DNA of 64,000 bases from an uncultured Desulfobacteraceae bacterium. Lineage in GTDB: Bacteria > Desulfobacterota > DSM-4660 > Desulfatiglandales > B25-G16. The translations under genes and the position numbers were made by a program. Below, one piece after another: positions 37,719 through 48,091 of the stretch. Numbering within the stretch: position 1 is the stretch's first letter; each line of letters opens with the position of its first letter. The notes under the pieces were generated by a model. It saw only the letters and a list, made by a program, of their open reading frames with translations, made no database searches and was not told the DNA's origin. Where the stretch lies: NCBI GenBank assembly GCA_964655655.1, contig CAZZPR010000005.1, forward strand, positions 1,968-65,967, in the 5' to 3' direction.

Positions 37719-38855
37719 TTATATTTTCTTACGATTGCCTCTCATGAGGGACAAATACACCTTTTCCGTTTCCGCTACCATCCTTTCAACCGAAAACTCC
37801 TGTTCCACCTTTTTTCTCGCTTCCAAGCCCATTGCCTCTGCACTTTTTTTATCGCTGAGAACCCTTATAATGGCTTCTGCTAAGGATTTAGGATCTCTTG
37901 GCGGTACTAATATTCCATCTTTGCCATCCGTTATCTGCTCAGTTATGCCATCTATTTTAGTTGCAACAATCGGCCTGGCCATGGCCATGGCCTCCAGTGT
38001 TATCATCGGAAATCCCTCTAAGAGGGAAGGTATCGCTAAGAGATCGATTGCAGAGAGTATTTCCTTTACATCGCTCCGAAACCCGGTAAAAATTACATGG
38101 TCTTTTACCTTAAGCTCTTCGCTCAAAGCTACAAGCTTGTCACTAAGCGGCCCATCGCCTACAAATAATATTTTAGCCTGAGGATAAGCCTTTATAATTG
38201 CGGGGGTGGCTTCGATCAAATATTCAAAACCTTTTTGCCATACCAAACGCCCGATTGTCCCAATTAGGGGTGCCTCTGAAGAAACTCCCCATTGTTTTCG
38301 CAGATTGCTTTGTTTTGCGGAGGGGCGATATTGATCCAGCTCGATTCCATTATATATTTTTACAACCCTCTCCGCCGGAATTCCACGCCATTCGACAAGT
38401 ACCCTCTTTAAGGTATCTGCTACTACGATAAAGCGTTCTACATACCGTTCCGAAAGCCAGTCTATAAACCGGTAGATTTTCTTGCGCAAAGGACCAATAT
38501 CGAAATTCTCCACAGGCATTTGTATGGTGCAAAGAATATGGGGGACTCCTGCTAATCTCCCCGCTATTCTGGTGAAAAAATCAGCTCTTGCTCCCTGGCT
38601 ATGCACTAACTCGATGCTATGTTTACGGATGATTCTCTCAATCTGGCGTATGGGCTTGAAAGTGAAGCGCCTTTTTATATCTACTGAAATTATTCCTATA
38701 TCGGCTTGTTCAAGCCCTTGTTCAAATCTTCCGCCGGGCATTGCAGCAACAAAAATCCTAAAACGGTCTCTTAGGCTGACAGCTAACTGCATGAATCCCC
38801 GCTCTCCACCACCGAATTCATCATTCTGTATTATATATAGAATATTCAAAGGCAT
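37719..38855 (-). CDS. Glycosyltransferase family 4
   Basis: LNILYIIQNDEFGGGERG at the N-terminus and PSLLEGFPMITLEAMAMARPIVATKIDG at the C-terminus. Confidence 0.85.
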   Translation of the reverse strand: MPLNILYIIQNDEFGGGERGFMQLAVSLRDRFRIFVAAMPGGRFEQGLEQADIGIISVDIKRRFTFKPIRQIERIIRKHSIELVHSQGARADFFTRIAGRLAGVPHILCTIQMPVENFDIGPLRKKIYRFIDWLSERYVERFIVVADTLKRVLVEWRGIPAERVVKIYNGIELDQYRPSAKQSNLRKQWGVSSEAPLIGTIGRLVWQKGFEYLIEATPAIIKAYPQAKILFVGDGPLSDKLVALSEELKVKDHVIFTGFRSDVKEILSAIDLLAIPSLLEGFPMITLEAMAMARPIVATKIDGITEQITDGKDGILVPPRDPKSLAEAIIRVLSDKKSAEAMGLEARKKVEQEFSVERMVAETEKVYLSLMRGNRKKI

Positions 38856-39283
38856 TTCCCCAGAGCTATTAAAATACTTGGCCGAATCAAATTTAAACTA
38901 AGCTATTTCAGGCTAGCTTGTTGTAACCCTAAGGTCGTACAGAAAATCCTCTGGAAAAGGATCACCTATGCTGCCTCAGTTTATAATTGTCTCATACAGC
39001 TTATTATAAATTTAGACAGCCTTCCAAATAAACGAGGAAGGCTTATTTAGGCCAATAAGAAGTGGGCTTGAAAAAACCTTCTTCCTTACCCCTTGACTGC
39101 TACTCCAAAGATCCCCTAATATCATATTTATTTCATGCATATGTCTGGGCTGGACATTGAAACTCCAAAACAACGCTTCTATATCAGTGTTCCGACTAAA
39201 GCACATTTTGCATCAACTTTGCGCCGCAAGAGCTTTATAATTCATTAGAAAACAATGGCTAAACATGGGCATGAGAAAGTAAA

Positions 39284-39961
39284 ATGTTAATAGAAGAAGC
39301 AAAATGGCTTTCTCAAAAGATTTCTTTGTTAGATCCTTCTGCCATTTTCCCTATGTTGAACATAGGTAGTTCTACAGAAACACATAGGAAAATAGTTCAG
39401 CCTTGGATTGATGAGTATATATTTAAACCAGCAGAGCGCAAAGGACAAATTCTGTGCCTGGATAAAAAAAGAGCTCCAGGTGTAGATATTGTTGGAGATC
39501 TTTCTGAAACCCCCTTTTTAAAAAAACTATCCAAAATGCAATTCAACTCAGTGTTGTGCTCAAATTTATTAGAGCATATACCCAACAGAAATGAAATTGG
39601 CCAAGCTATTGCCTCGCTTGTACCCAAAGGTGGGTACCTCTTTGTATCTTGCCCATACAGATATCCGTATCATCCAGACCCTATTGATACATTATTTCGT
39701 CCAAATATAAAGGAGTTGTCCAGTATTTTTCCAAATACACATATCATTTACGGTGAAATAGTTATTTGTCGCACTTACCTTGATTACCTTACCCATAGTC
39801 CTATAGGCAGCCCCATAGTATTCGCAAAGTCAATTCTTCGATTATTTCTTCCTTTTCATAAGCCAAAAGAATGGCTTTCTGCACTATACCGCTTTCCTTG
39901 GCTTTTTAAAAATTTTAGTGCGACTTGTCTGGTTTTAAAAAAGTCTTTTGAAGAAATTTGA
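39284..39961 (+). CDS. Putative class I SAM-dependent methyltransferase (divergent); the only plus-strand gene in the glycan island
   Basis: 225 aa with LNIGSS...CLDKKRAPGVDIVGDL...VLCSNLLEHIPN...LVPKGGYLFVSCP, resembling the methyltransferase type 11/12 layout. Confidence 0.55.
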   Translation: MLIEEAKWLSQKISLLDPSAIFPMLNIGSSTETHRKIVQPWIDEYIFKPAERKGQILCLDKKRAPGVDIVGDLSETPFLKKLSKMQFNSVLCSNLLEHIPNRNEIGQAIASLVPKGGYLFVSCPYRYPYHPDPIDTLFRPNIKELSSIFPNTHIIYGEIVICRTYLDYLTHSPIGSPIVFAKSILRLFLPFHKPKEWLSALYRFPWLFKNFSATCLVLKKSFEEI

Positions 39962-40067
39962 AATAATAGGGTAACCGTTTTACCAAAACAAGCTAGTTAC
40001 AGGCTGAATTTTTGATTAGCGAAAAATTTGACAATTAAAAAAATCCCTGTCGGACAATAAAATATAC

Positions 40068-41105
40068 TTAGGATTTATCAATGCTACTACTCAATGAAAC
40101 CCTATGTTTTCGGTAGAAGAATAAAACCTCTTCCATAACGTTTTCCACACCGATGTTTTCAATGTCCTGATTATCAGCTTGAATCTTTTTCAATATTACA
40201 CCAGGGCTGGCCGGGGGAATATCATATTCGAAAAAGCTGTGTAATTCGCCGAGTAAGGCAATCATATTAAGGGAAATCCCTTCCAGGAAATAGACAAGGT
40301 TGGCAGGTCCCGTATCCAGGCAGATGAAAAGATCTGAATTGGCAATAATAGATATACTCTCTGAAATTGAAAATTTTTCCCTGGCATCCAACAATCTTTC
40401 GTCTGCGGGATATTCGCCTTCTCCATCCTTATCCACTAAAATTATCCTGGCTTCTGGAATTGAGTTTAAAATACTATAAATAAGGGCTTCAAAATTGAAG
40501 AATCCCCAGTCCCTATTATATTGGTAATAAGTCTGAGTTCCGGTAGAGCTGTTAATAGTAATCACAAATTTTTTGTTTCCTGGAAATACCTGATCAATAA
40601 AAGACCTGCCAAATTGTTCCTCCTGTTTGGTCCATTTCAGAGACGGCCTCAATTGAGAAGGATCCCGAAACCACCATTTTCCCAATGGATAAGGCAGAAT
40701 CATATCAAATCCTTCTTTTAGGTTAGTTTTATCTACTACTCTCCTAATTCCCCAGGGGGTCGGATAAGCCAAGCCCCATATAGATTTGATTGTCTGGTTT
40801 CGGCCCCAATCATTTATTGTGATGATCTCCCTTACATCCTCAAGCCATTTTGCCGCTTCCTCAAGTCCTGGACGGACAAAGAGGGTGATTTCAGCGTCCG
40901 GAATCCTTTTTCTTATGTATTTAAGGGAAACACTAAGGATAACAGAAATATCCCCCAGCCCCCTAATCCAAGCGGTGGCAAACCTCTTAGCCCCTTTCTT
41001 TTGAGCTTTTTTGAGCATTAAATCAAGATCAAAAAGCCTGAAAAGAATGGCGCCGGCATATCTGGATAGCCTTGATTTTATTGCCATGATAGAATTATTA
41101 GCCAA
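40068..41105 (-). CDS. Glycosyltransferase family 9-like (heptosyltransferase-like fold)
   Basis: RGLGDISVILSVSLKYIRKRIPDAEITLFVRPGLEEAAKWL and IANSDLFICLDTGPANLVYFL resemble GT9 motifs. TTG start at 41105 (SD AAAGG), with an alternative ATG at 41087. Confidence 0.55.
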   Translation of the reverse strand: MANNSIMAIKSRLSRYAGAILFRLFDLDLMLKKAQKKGAKRFATAWIRGLGDISVILSVSLKYIRKRIPDAEITLFVRPGLEEAAKWLEDVREIITINDWGRNQTIKSIWGLAYPTPWGIRRVVDKTNLKEGFDMILPYPLGKWWFRDPSQLRPSLKWTKQEEQFGRSFIDQVFPGNKKFVITINSSTGTQTYYQYNRDWGFFNFEALIYSILNSIPEARIILVDKDGEGEYPADERLLDAREKFSISESISIIANSDLFICLDTGPANLVYFLEGISLNMIALLGELHSFFEYDIPPASPGVILKKIQADNQDIENIGVENVMEEVLFFYRKHRVSLSSSIDKS

Positions 41106-42222
41106 TTAAACCTTTACTTCTTTTTGGCAAAATTAACTCCATATAAAGTGAATAAGTTTGATCTATTATCTTGGAGCATTTATGAATGGAAAAAGGATAA
41201 GTCGGCCTTCTGTCTGAGTTAGAAACCTCGATGATTTTGCTTACAATTTTTTCAGGTTTAATCTCCTCAAGAATGAAGTCCGGACAGTACCTTGTAAATT
41301 CAGGTACACACCCTGGCAAAATTACCTTTACTCCGAGTGAAATTGCTTCCAGAGAAACCCTGGAAATACTTTCAGTTTTTGAAGGCAGGATAAAGATATC
41401 GCAGGCTTGAATGAGCCCTAAGGCATCTTCTCGCTTTAGACTGCCAAGATAAATAATACCGGGATGACGAATCTCTGATTTAAATTTTCTAAAATTCTTG
41501 GAGCGTTTCCCGAGCCCCATCGGGCCTATAATTACAAGGCGCAATTCATGTCCTTTCAAAAGAAGCAGTCTGAAGGCATCTATCAACTCAAAAATACCTT
41601 TGTATTCTATGATAGCTCCTGCAAAACAGATATTTGGGCAGTCTGTATCTAAGCCATATTCCTTTTTCAGGGAGGCCAGCCTGTTTTTTGTTCGTTTTTC
41701 AGGAATTTTAAAAGGAATGGGTATGTATGTGGTTTTGTTTCTCAAAAAATTATAGGAACGGATAAACTGGCACACATTCTCTGAACAACATATGATCTTA
41801 GATGCATGGCGGTAATAAGCGAGGCTGGCCCCCTCGTTTTTGGCTGCAAGGTCACGCATATCGCAAATCAGGGGTATTCTGAAAAAAAATGACAAATAAT
41901 GAATAGCTTTATAGGAGGAAAGCGAATGGTAGTGGATTAAATCGATCCTCAAAAGTTTAGAGAAAATAAGAATGATTATGGGAATAATTATACTTTTAAT
42001 AGAGCCTAAAAGCCTGTTTTGATAGTTCATATAAGGCAGGCATCTTAACACCCGAATCTTTTGACGTTTTTCTATGATGCTTTCATCCTTAAGATATCCT
42101 GATAACACATAGACTTTCTCCACGCTATTTTTTCCAGCTAAACCCTTGCCGAGCAGGTCAAAATAAACAGAAGCTCCTCCGGAGTGCGACTTGAACAAAG
42201 GAGTAACCAGCATTATTCTCAT
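41098..42222 (-). CDS. Glycosyltransferase family 4/GT1-like
   Basis: MRIMLVTPLFKSHSGGASVY at the N-terminus and PSKTESISRVSLEAISLGVKVILPG at the C-terminus. Confidence 0.8.
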   Translation of the reverse strand: MRIMLVTPLFKSHSGGASVYFDLLGKGLAGKNSVEKVYVLSGYLKDESIIEKRQKIRVLRCLPYMNYQNRLLGSIKSIIIPIIILIFSKLLRIDLIHYHSLSSYKAIHYLSFFFRIPLICDMRDLAAKNEGASLAYYRHASKIICCSENVCQFIRSYNFLRNKTTYIPIPFKIPEKRTKNRLASLKKEYGLDTDCPNICFAGAIIEYKGIFELIDAFRLLLLKGHELRLVIIGPMGLGKRSKNFRKFKSEIRHPGIIYLGSLKREDALGLIQACDIFILPSKTESISRVSLEAISLGVKVILPGCVPEFTRYCPDFILEEIKPEKIVSKIIEVSNSDRRPTYPFSIHKCSKIIDQTYSLYMELILPKRSKGLIG

Positions 42223-42309
42223 TTATCTTCCTTTAAGTTTTACCTTAAACCACTCCATCTCATTGAATTTTGACGGACCGACCCAAATATTTTAGTTTTC
42301 TCGTTATGA

Positions 42310-42972
42310 TTAATTTTTTTCTGCCAGTACAAAGTTACAAAAGCCTAATAAATCCCAAAAAACAGAACCAGCCACATAACCCTTGGTTCTTTTTGACCTG
42401 ATAATATTATAAGGTGTCAATAAAATGTTTATTAGGCTTTTTCTGGTTCCCCCTTTTAATATTTTAAAATCATTTTTAATTAATAAATTGTAAACTTCCA
42501 TTAAAGAATATAGACGACAATGGGTGGGATCATCGAAAAAATTTAATGTACCTTTCTTGCTGGGTAGTTTAGTGCTCCAGAATGATGGAAATTCTATGTA
42601 TAGAATTCCCCTTTTCTTTAATTTTATTAGCAATCTTTCTATGACTTGATCTCCATTAGTTAAATGCTCGATAACATGGTTCATAAGGATTACATCAAAG
42701 AAATTTTCTGGGATAAAGTCAAATTCGATATAATTCAAATTCATCTGAAAATATTTTTCAGAAATATCATCTATCTCTATTTCCGGATCCTTGTCGATAG
42801 CATAATAACGGCACTGGGGAAAATAGGATTTTATAATTCTACCTGAAGTCTTACCGCAGCCTACATCAAGGATCTTAAAATTATCATTTTCATCAAATTT
42901 TCTGAGCAAAAAAGTAAGGTTTTTGGGAATTTTTACATATTTAAGCATGTTGTTTAATGTTGATTTCCCCAT
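42310..42972 (-). CDS. Class I SAM-dependent methyltransferase
   Basis: Motif I ILDVGCGKTSG, and later VILMNHVIEHL and KKRGILYIEFP. Confidence 0.8.
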   Translation of the reverse strand: MGKSTLNNMLKYVKIPKNLTFLLRKFDENDNFKILDVGCGKTSGRIIKSYFPQCRYYAIDKDPEIEIDDISEKYFQMNLNYIEFDFIPENFFDVILMNHVIEHLTNGDQVIERLLIKLKKRGILYIEFPSFWSTKLPSKKGTLNFFDDPTHCRLYSLMEVYNLLIKNDFKILKGGTRKSLINILLTPYNIIRSKRTKGYVAGSVFWDLLGFCNFVLAEKN

Positions 42973-42980
42973 TTTTTAAA

Positions 42981-44102
42981 TTACCAATAACCAAGTTGAC
43001 GATTTTTATGAGCAAAAATTATTGCATCTTTGAATCCTTGCACCATGTGATCCCAATCAAATTTACCTGCAACAATCTTTTTTGATTCAATTCCCATCTT
43101 TTTCCGAAGATATTTATTTGCAATTATTTTACGCAATGCCTGATAAAGAGCATAAACATTTCTTTCCGGTATGACATAACCATTAATGCCATCCCTTACC
43201 AAATCATAAGAACTTCCTACCATATTTGTTGCAATAACAGGTTTGCTAAAATACATGGCTTCATTGAGCACTAAACCCCACGGTTCAACATTTCTGTGAT
43301 AGACAGATGGGATGACAAATATATCGCAACTTGAATATAATATATTTTTTTCCAGCTCATTAGCCGCTTTACCTGTCATAATTACATTTTTGAGCTTACT
43401 CCTTGAAATTTCTTCTTTTATGTGCCTTAGGAGAGGTCCTGTACCTGCTATAATCAATGCTACATTACCAAACTCTTGGTTTATCTTTATAAAAGCTTCC
43501 ATTAGAAAACTGGTGCCTTTGCCTCTAACGAGACGGCCAAGATATAAGATCACCATACTGTCCTCAGCAATGTTAATTCCAATATCGCTCAAACAATATT
43601 TTAAATTAACCGGCTCCTTAGGTATGCTAACATCCGGTGCAATAAAAATTTTTTTATCGGGAACACCCAAAAACTGAAAAAATTCTTTTGATTTTATGCC
43701 GGAAGCAACACAGGCATCAGCAACTGAAACCAATTTTCTTTTCCAATGAAATTGTTTTTTTGTCAGATACCAGTCCGGATGCCATTCCTCAGACCAGACG
43801 ATAAAGGGTTTATTCTCCAACTTTGCTATGCAGCATGTTAAATATGTATTTGCTAATCCTGTATCTCCAGCTATAAAAACGTCGAAATTCCCTCGCAACA
43901 ATTTTATGGGCAAGGTTGGCGAAAGACGATAGCGTGGCCTTCTAGGTAAATGAAATGTTAAAGAAAATGAGGAATGAATTTGAGTCTTCGGTTTCGGACG
44001 CTCTGAGTCAAAAAAGAAGGTAGTATCAAATGCCCTGCTTATCAGCTTAAACAGTGGAATTCTATAACCTATATAGCGATTATGTACAAAAGCCAATCTC
44101 AT
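42981..44102 (-). CDS. Glycosyltransferase family 4
   Basis: ILYLGRLVRGKG and the C-terminal PSVYHRNVEPWGLVLNEAMYFSKPVIATNMVG. ATGA overlap with the downstream gene. Confidence 0.85.
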   Translation of the reverse strand: MRLAFVHNRYIGYRIPLFKLISRAFDTTFFFDSERPKPKTQIHSSFSLTFHLPRRPRYRLSPTLPIKLLRGNFDVFIAGDTGLANTYLTCCIAKLENKPFIVWSEEWHPDWYLTKKQFHWKRKLVSVADACVASGIKSKEFFQFLGVPDKKIFIAPDVSIPKEPVNLKYCLSDIGINIAEDSMVILYLGRLVRGKGTSFLMEAFIKINQEFGNVALIIAGTGPLLRHIKEEISRSKLKNVIMTGKAANELEKNILYSSCDIFVIPSVYHRNVEPWGLVLNEAMYFSKPVIATNMVGSSYDLVRDGINGYVIPERNVYALYQALRKIIANKYLRKKMGIESKKIVAGKFDWDHMVQGFKDAIIFAHKNRQLGYW

Positions 44103-44908
44103 AAAACTTTATAAAGAGCCTCTCGAAGTGTTTCACAACGGTAAGAAGACAAGAATACACAAAGCTTTTCAAAAGCTTGGAAGTTGTCAGCCACATGCAT
44201 ACAAAGAGGGTGGACCAGTAAGGTCGCTATACCGGACGTCGTTTCAATTTCTTTTACCTGTTCTTTTACCAACTCCAGCCAGTCTTCGATTTGGTAGGAT
44301 TTTTGAGTAAAATCATCTTGCCAGCCAGCTTTAACTTTCCTTTCAACATGCGAGACAGTACGGTCAGCGTGAAAAATGTGCTCATGATCAGGGAGAACAT
44401 TTATGGAAAAAGAAAATAGGTTAGCATTAATCAGGTGAGGCTGATATAGATTTTTTTTTACTTCATCTGTGATAATTCTAACACCAAATCTTGGTAGAAG
44501 CTTATACGTTATTTTATCGGAACTGTAAGCATGAGTGCGCCAAGAGACTACAGTTATACCAGTCTTCCGCTTTATTGTAGACAAGGTTCTCTTTATATCA
44601 AACCATTGGTAAAAACTTGGACCATAATAAGAATGGAATAATTTCCTAAAATAATCATGGAGAAGTCTGGGCCGCAAGGCAGTAAAAGTATGACCCCCTA
44701 TTTCGAAATTGTTGAATTTCATCAGCTCACGGATATGTTCCCAATCGTCAAGAAATGACCTTCCTGTAAAAAACAAAGTGGCTTTTATGTTGTAACGTTT
44801 GCAGATCTTAAGATAATGAGATGCTAATTCAGCTTCTGAATAATCTGAATATCTTTGTTCAGGAGAATTCAGAGAAGAATGGTGGATATCGCCGGTCAAG
44901 CAAATCAT
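44099..44908 (-). CDS. Polysaccharide deacetylase-like protein (tentative, CE4-like)
   Basis: 269 aa with KATLFFTGRSF...EIGGHTF and LTGDIHHS, which recall the NodB-homology His/Asp motifs. The assignment is weak. Confidence 0.45.
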   Translation of the reverse strand: MICLTGDIHHSSLNSPEQRYSDYSEAELASHYLKICKRYNIKATLFFTGRSFLDDWEHIRELMKFNNFEIGGHTFTALRPRLLHDYFRKLFHSYYGPSFYQWFDIKRTLSTIKRKTGITVVSWRTHAYSSDKITYKLLPRFGVRIITDEVKKNLYQPHLINANLFSFSINVLPDHEHIFHADRTVSHVERKVKAGWQDDFTQKSYQIEDWLELVKEQVKEIETTSGIATLLVHPLCMHVADNFQAFEKLCVFLSSYRCETLREALYKVL

Positions 44909-44916
44909 GATTTATA

Positions 44917-45684
44917 TCAACGCCTTCTTGCCAAAATAATAAATTCCCCGCAGTACCTTCGCAAGTAGCTGCTTTTATTTAAAAAAAGATTTACCTGAAT
45001 AATTACCTCTAGATAAATTCTCTTTAAAAGTCTAAAAGGAAAAAAGCGATAGAATTTCCAAACAAAATCAGGGCTGATAAAAAAAGTCCCCTGATAAGAA
45101 ATGAGCTTAAATCTGCTCTCCTGCAAATAATTTTTGATATCACCTAGCTTGCTCTTCCCCTTAGCCAAATACTCGCCTTCCGCTTTACGAAAATTTATTT
45201 TTCGAAATAAGGATTCCGAATTATTGCAAGTAAATACAAATGGAGAACCTATCTTTAAGGTTTTATTAACTTCATTAAGGAAAGGACGTAAATCCTCGAC
45301 GTACTCGAACATGCCTATGGAGAATGCAGCATCAAAAACTTCATTTTTGAACCCCAAATTAAGGGCATCCATAACTATATAATACTCGTTTGTTTTCTTA
45401 TTTCTGTGGGCAGCTTCTACCATGTTCCTCGAAAAATCAATTCCCACTATCTTTGATGCGGTGTTAATAATGCTGCGAGACAAGCGGCCTGTGCCGCACC
45501 CCAAATCCATAATAAACTTATTATCCAAATTCACCATCTTCTTAATGAAGCAGTCTTCCAGTCTATAATAGTATTGAGAACGTTCTCCGGTATATCTGAA
45601 TGAATAAGTGGAAGACTCAAGGTTATAGACAGAACGTATTTTTTCAGTTACTGATTTGATTTCATATTTTGGCAGGGAAATCAT
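44917..45684 (-). CDS. Class I SAM-dependent methyltransferase
   Basis: Motif I IMDLGCGTGRLS, then IVGIDFSRNMVE and FDAAFSIGMFEYV. Confidence 0.85.
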   Translation of the reverse strand: MISLPKYEIKSVTEKIRSVYNLESSTYSFRYTGERSQYYYRLEDCFIKKMVNLDNKFIMDLGCGTGRLSRSIINTASKIVGIDFSRNMVEAAHRNKKTNEYYIVMDALNLGFKNEVFDAAFSIGMFEYVEDLRPFLNEVNKTLKIGSPFVFTCNNSESLFRKINFRKAEGEYLAKGKSKLGDIKNYLQESRFKLISYQGTFFISPDFVWKFYRFFPFRLLKRIYLEVIIQVNLFLNKSSYLRRYCGEFIILARRR

Positions 45685-45860
45685 AAATTAATTCTTGCAA
45701 TAAGGAAATTTTCTTCTTCATATAACGCCGTTTAATAATCTTGAATAGACTTTTCCTTGTCTGGTTATGCAAGTAAAATCAACAAATCCAACCGGCCTTA
45801 TACGAGGCGCCGAATAATATTTTAAAATAAAAAAATAGGGTAATGTAGGCTGTATTTTTT

Positions 45861-47225
45861 CTATTTCGCAATTCTATTGAAAACATCGCAAAGTTTTTTT
45901 GTTAGGTTATAATAATTGTACTGATATATAAATTCTTTTTGGGGGGAAACAGGAATAGTATTTCTGTGATAGTAATTGTAAAGATTCAGAATTGTTTTTT
46001 CAATTTCTGGAACATCATCAGGGGCGGCAAAATACGCCAATCCTGTTTTTTGTAATAGCTCTTTAGCGTCGCCTTCAGGCACCAAACCTAAGATGGGTTT
46101 TTTGGAGGCCATATATTCATATGCCTTGCCAGGTATGCATTCGAGGTAGGGCCTTTCCAAAGGCTTATAAAGTGTAAACAATAAAAGATCAGCTCTCTGG
46201 ATATACTTCAAGGTAATCTCGTGAGCCTGATAATCTAAAATTTCAACTGACTTATACAAGTTAAGGTTTTCATAAATCATTTGATGAAACTTCTCGTGGA
46301 CTTGCCCCAAGAGCACTATATGAACTCCGGAGGGTTTTATGAGTTCCTTTTTAAAAAGATTTGAAATTGCTTTAAAGAAATAATAGGGGGAATGAGCGCT
46401 CATATTGACTTTTTCCGGTCTGTATTTTAATTTTTCACGAACTTTCCTTAAAGAACCCGGTTCCCACAAGTCATCTTTTTCGGGAGGTTTTCCATAGAAA
46501 TGTCCTGCATGCAATATCATCATCTTACGTTTGCTTCTTTTGGAGTGTGAAGACTTGAAGTTAGTGAAATCCTCTCTATCAAATCCGCTATTAATGGTTG
46601 TAATATTATCCGGACTGAGATTCCGGAATTTGTCGAGCAACATTCTTCGGCTTTGCGGCGTGTTTGCAATTATATGGTCAGCAACTGATAGGGTAAATCC
46701 TTCAAGGCTTTCTTCGATATTATACCGAAATTTACCGGACCATGTTTCTGCCAAACACTGAGTCCATGGGTCACGGAAATCAACAATAAGTGCCTTCCTG
46801 GAAAGTTTCTTTAACAAAATTCCAATTAATGCAGTACTATAAGGGGGACAAGTTGCATAAATGATCCCGATATTATATTTCTTAATAATCCGCAAGCCTT
46901 CCTTTATTGCCCTAAAGGCCCAAGCAATTTGGTAATCAGGGATAAAAATAAAATCAATCAGCCACCCTAAATGGATTCGTGAAAACGATCTGCTGATTTT
47001 CCATACATCTAAATGCGATGTTCTTAATACCTTAAGCCCTTTTATCTTTTCCTTTAGACTCTCGTCGAAGGGTAGTCCTTTGGTTTGGTACAAATCTTCC
47101 TTAACGGTAAGAATTATGGGTTCGTAATTAAATTTCTTAAGATATTTGGAGAAATTTGCTGTCCGTTGAACTCCGCCTCCTCCACCAGGAGGGAACACAA
47201 ATGAGACTATCAATATTTTGCGCAA
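45861..47225 (-). CDS. Glycosyltransferase (GT4-like, 454 aa)
   Basis: MRKILIVSFVFPPGGGGGVQRTANF at the N-terminus and GKAYEYMASKKPILGLVPEGDAKELL at the C-terminus. TTG start after AAGGAGAAG. Confidence 0.75.
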   Translation of the reverse strand: MRKILIVSFVFPPGGGGGVQRTANFSKYLKKFNYEPIILTVKEDLYQTKGLPFDESLKEKIKGLKVLRTSHLDVWKISRSFSRIHLGWLIDFIFIPDYQIAWAFRAIKEGLRIIKKYNIGIIYATCPPYSTALIGILLKKLSRKALIVDFRDPWTQCLAETWSGKFRYNIEESLEGFTLSVADHIIANTPQSRRMLLDKFRNLSPDNITTINSGFDREDFTNFKSSHSKRSKRKMMILHAGHFYGKPPEKDDLWEPGSLRKVREKLKYRPEKVNMSAHSPYYFFKAISNLFKKELIKPSGVHIVLLGQVHEKFHQMIYENLNLYKSVEILDYQAHEITLKYIQRADLLLFTLYKPLERPYLECIPGKAYEYMASKKPILGLVPEGDAKELLQKTGLAYFAAPDDVPEIEKTILNLYNYYHRNTIPVSPQKEFIYQYNYYNLTKKLCDVFNRIAK

Positions 47226-47333
47226 ACTTCTTCTCCTTGACCTGGCTTCAAAGTGAATTGAAAAAATCCGGTCTTCACTTTACTCAACATAGCCGGAGGC
47301 TTGGGAACCAGATGTTATATAAAGATATTGGTG

Positions 47334-48029
47334 TCATCTTATTTTTTTCAATATCATTGTGTACCCGGTTTTAGTATATCTTCCAAACCCAATATTGCTA
47401 AGCCATTGTGTTAATAACAACAAGAAGGTGTTCGGGAGACCGGCTTTGGGAATAAGGAATGAGCCTAACGGAACTTTTGCGTACCTCCATTTGATTTCTT
47501 CTACCTCATAGAAACAATCTATTTCATCTTTTGTTGTTTGAAACTTATCTTTTCCGTAGTAGTGCATAATGGCACCCGGATAGTAAGGTTTTATGTGGGT
47601 AAAATCCTCAAAGAAACCTTCCCATAATAAAGGAGTGCTTATTATTAGGATACCGCCAACTTTTAAGATTCTATTCATTTCCACCAATAATTGATATGCA
47701 TCATTGGGGATTAAATGCTCAATAACATGGGAACAATTTATTCCATCAAAAGAGTCACTTGAGAAAGGTAGCTGTAAAATATCGCCCCGTACTAACCTAT
47801 TAGAATATTTTTTCGATTCTTTTAAGCTTTCATGGTTTGTGTCAACCCCCACAATACTACCATTGCCAAACTTCAAGAAATTGCCAACACCGCAACCAAG
47901 ATCCAAAATATTTTTCTTTTTATGCAATTTTTCATATGAATAGCTATAGAAATATATTTTTTTCCAGTTTTTCTTTCGCTCCTGGTTTTTCTCGATAAAC
48001 TTGAGTCTAAATTTTTTAAAAATATTCAT
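47334..48029 (-). CDS. Class I SAM-dependent methyltransferase
   Basis: Motif I ILDLGCGVGNF, then FDGINCSHVIEHL and KVGGILIISTP. ATG at 48029, with the ORF open to TTG 48038. Confidence 0.85.
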   Translation of the reverse strand: MNIFKKFRLKFIEKNQERKKNWKKIYFYSYSYEKLHKKKNILDLGCGVGNFLKFGNGSIVGVDTNHESLKESKKYSNRLVRGDILQLPFSSDSFDGINCSHVIEHLIPNDAYQLLVEMNRILKVGGILIISTPLLWEGFFEDFTHIKPYYPGAIMHYYGKDKFQTTKDEIDCFYEVEEIKWRYAKVPLGSFLIPKAGLPNTFLLLLTQWLSNIGFGRYTKTGYTMILKKIR

Positions 48030-48091
48030 TGCCACCAAAATTATCTAAGTGGTAGTTAAATCTTTTATTAAACCGCAGTTGATAAGCCTGT

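Noticed and set aside
39012-39206. 64-aa minus-strand ORF in the spacer upstream of the 37719-38855 glycosyltransferase gene.
   Set aside because: It is short, has no SD and has no similarity I recognise. It overlaps a hairpin (39018-39043) and is probably non-coding.
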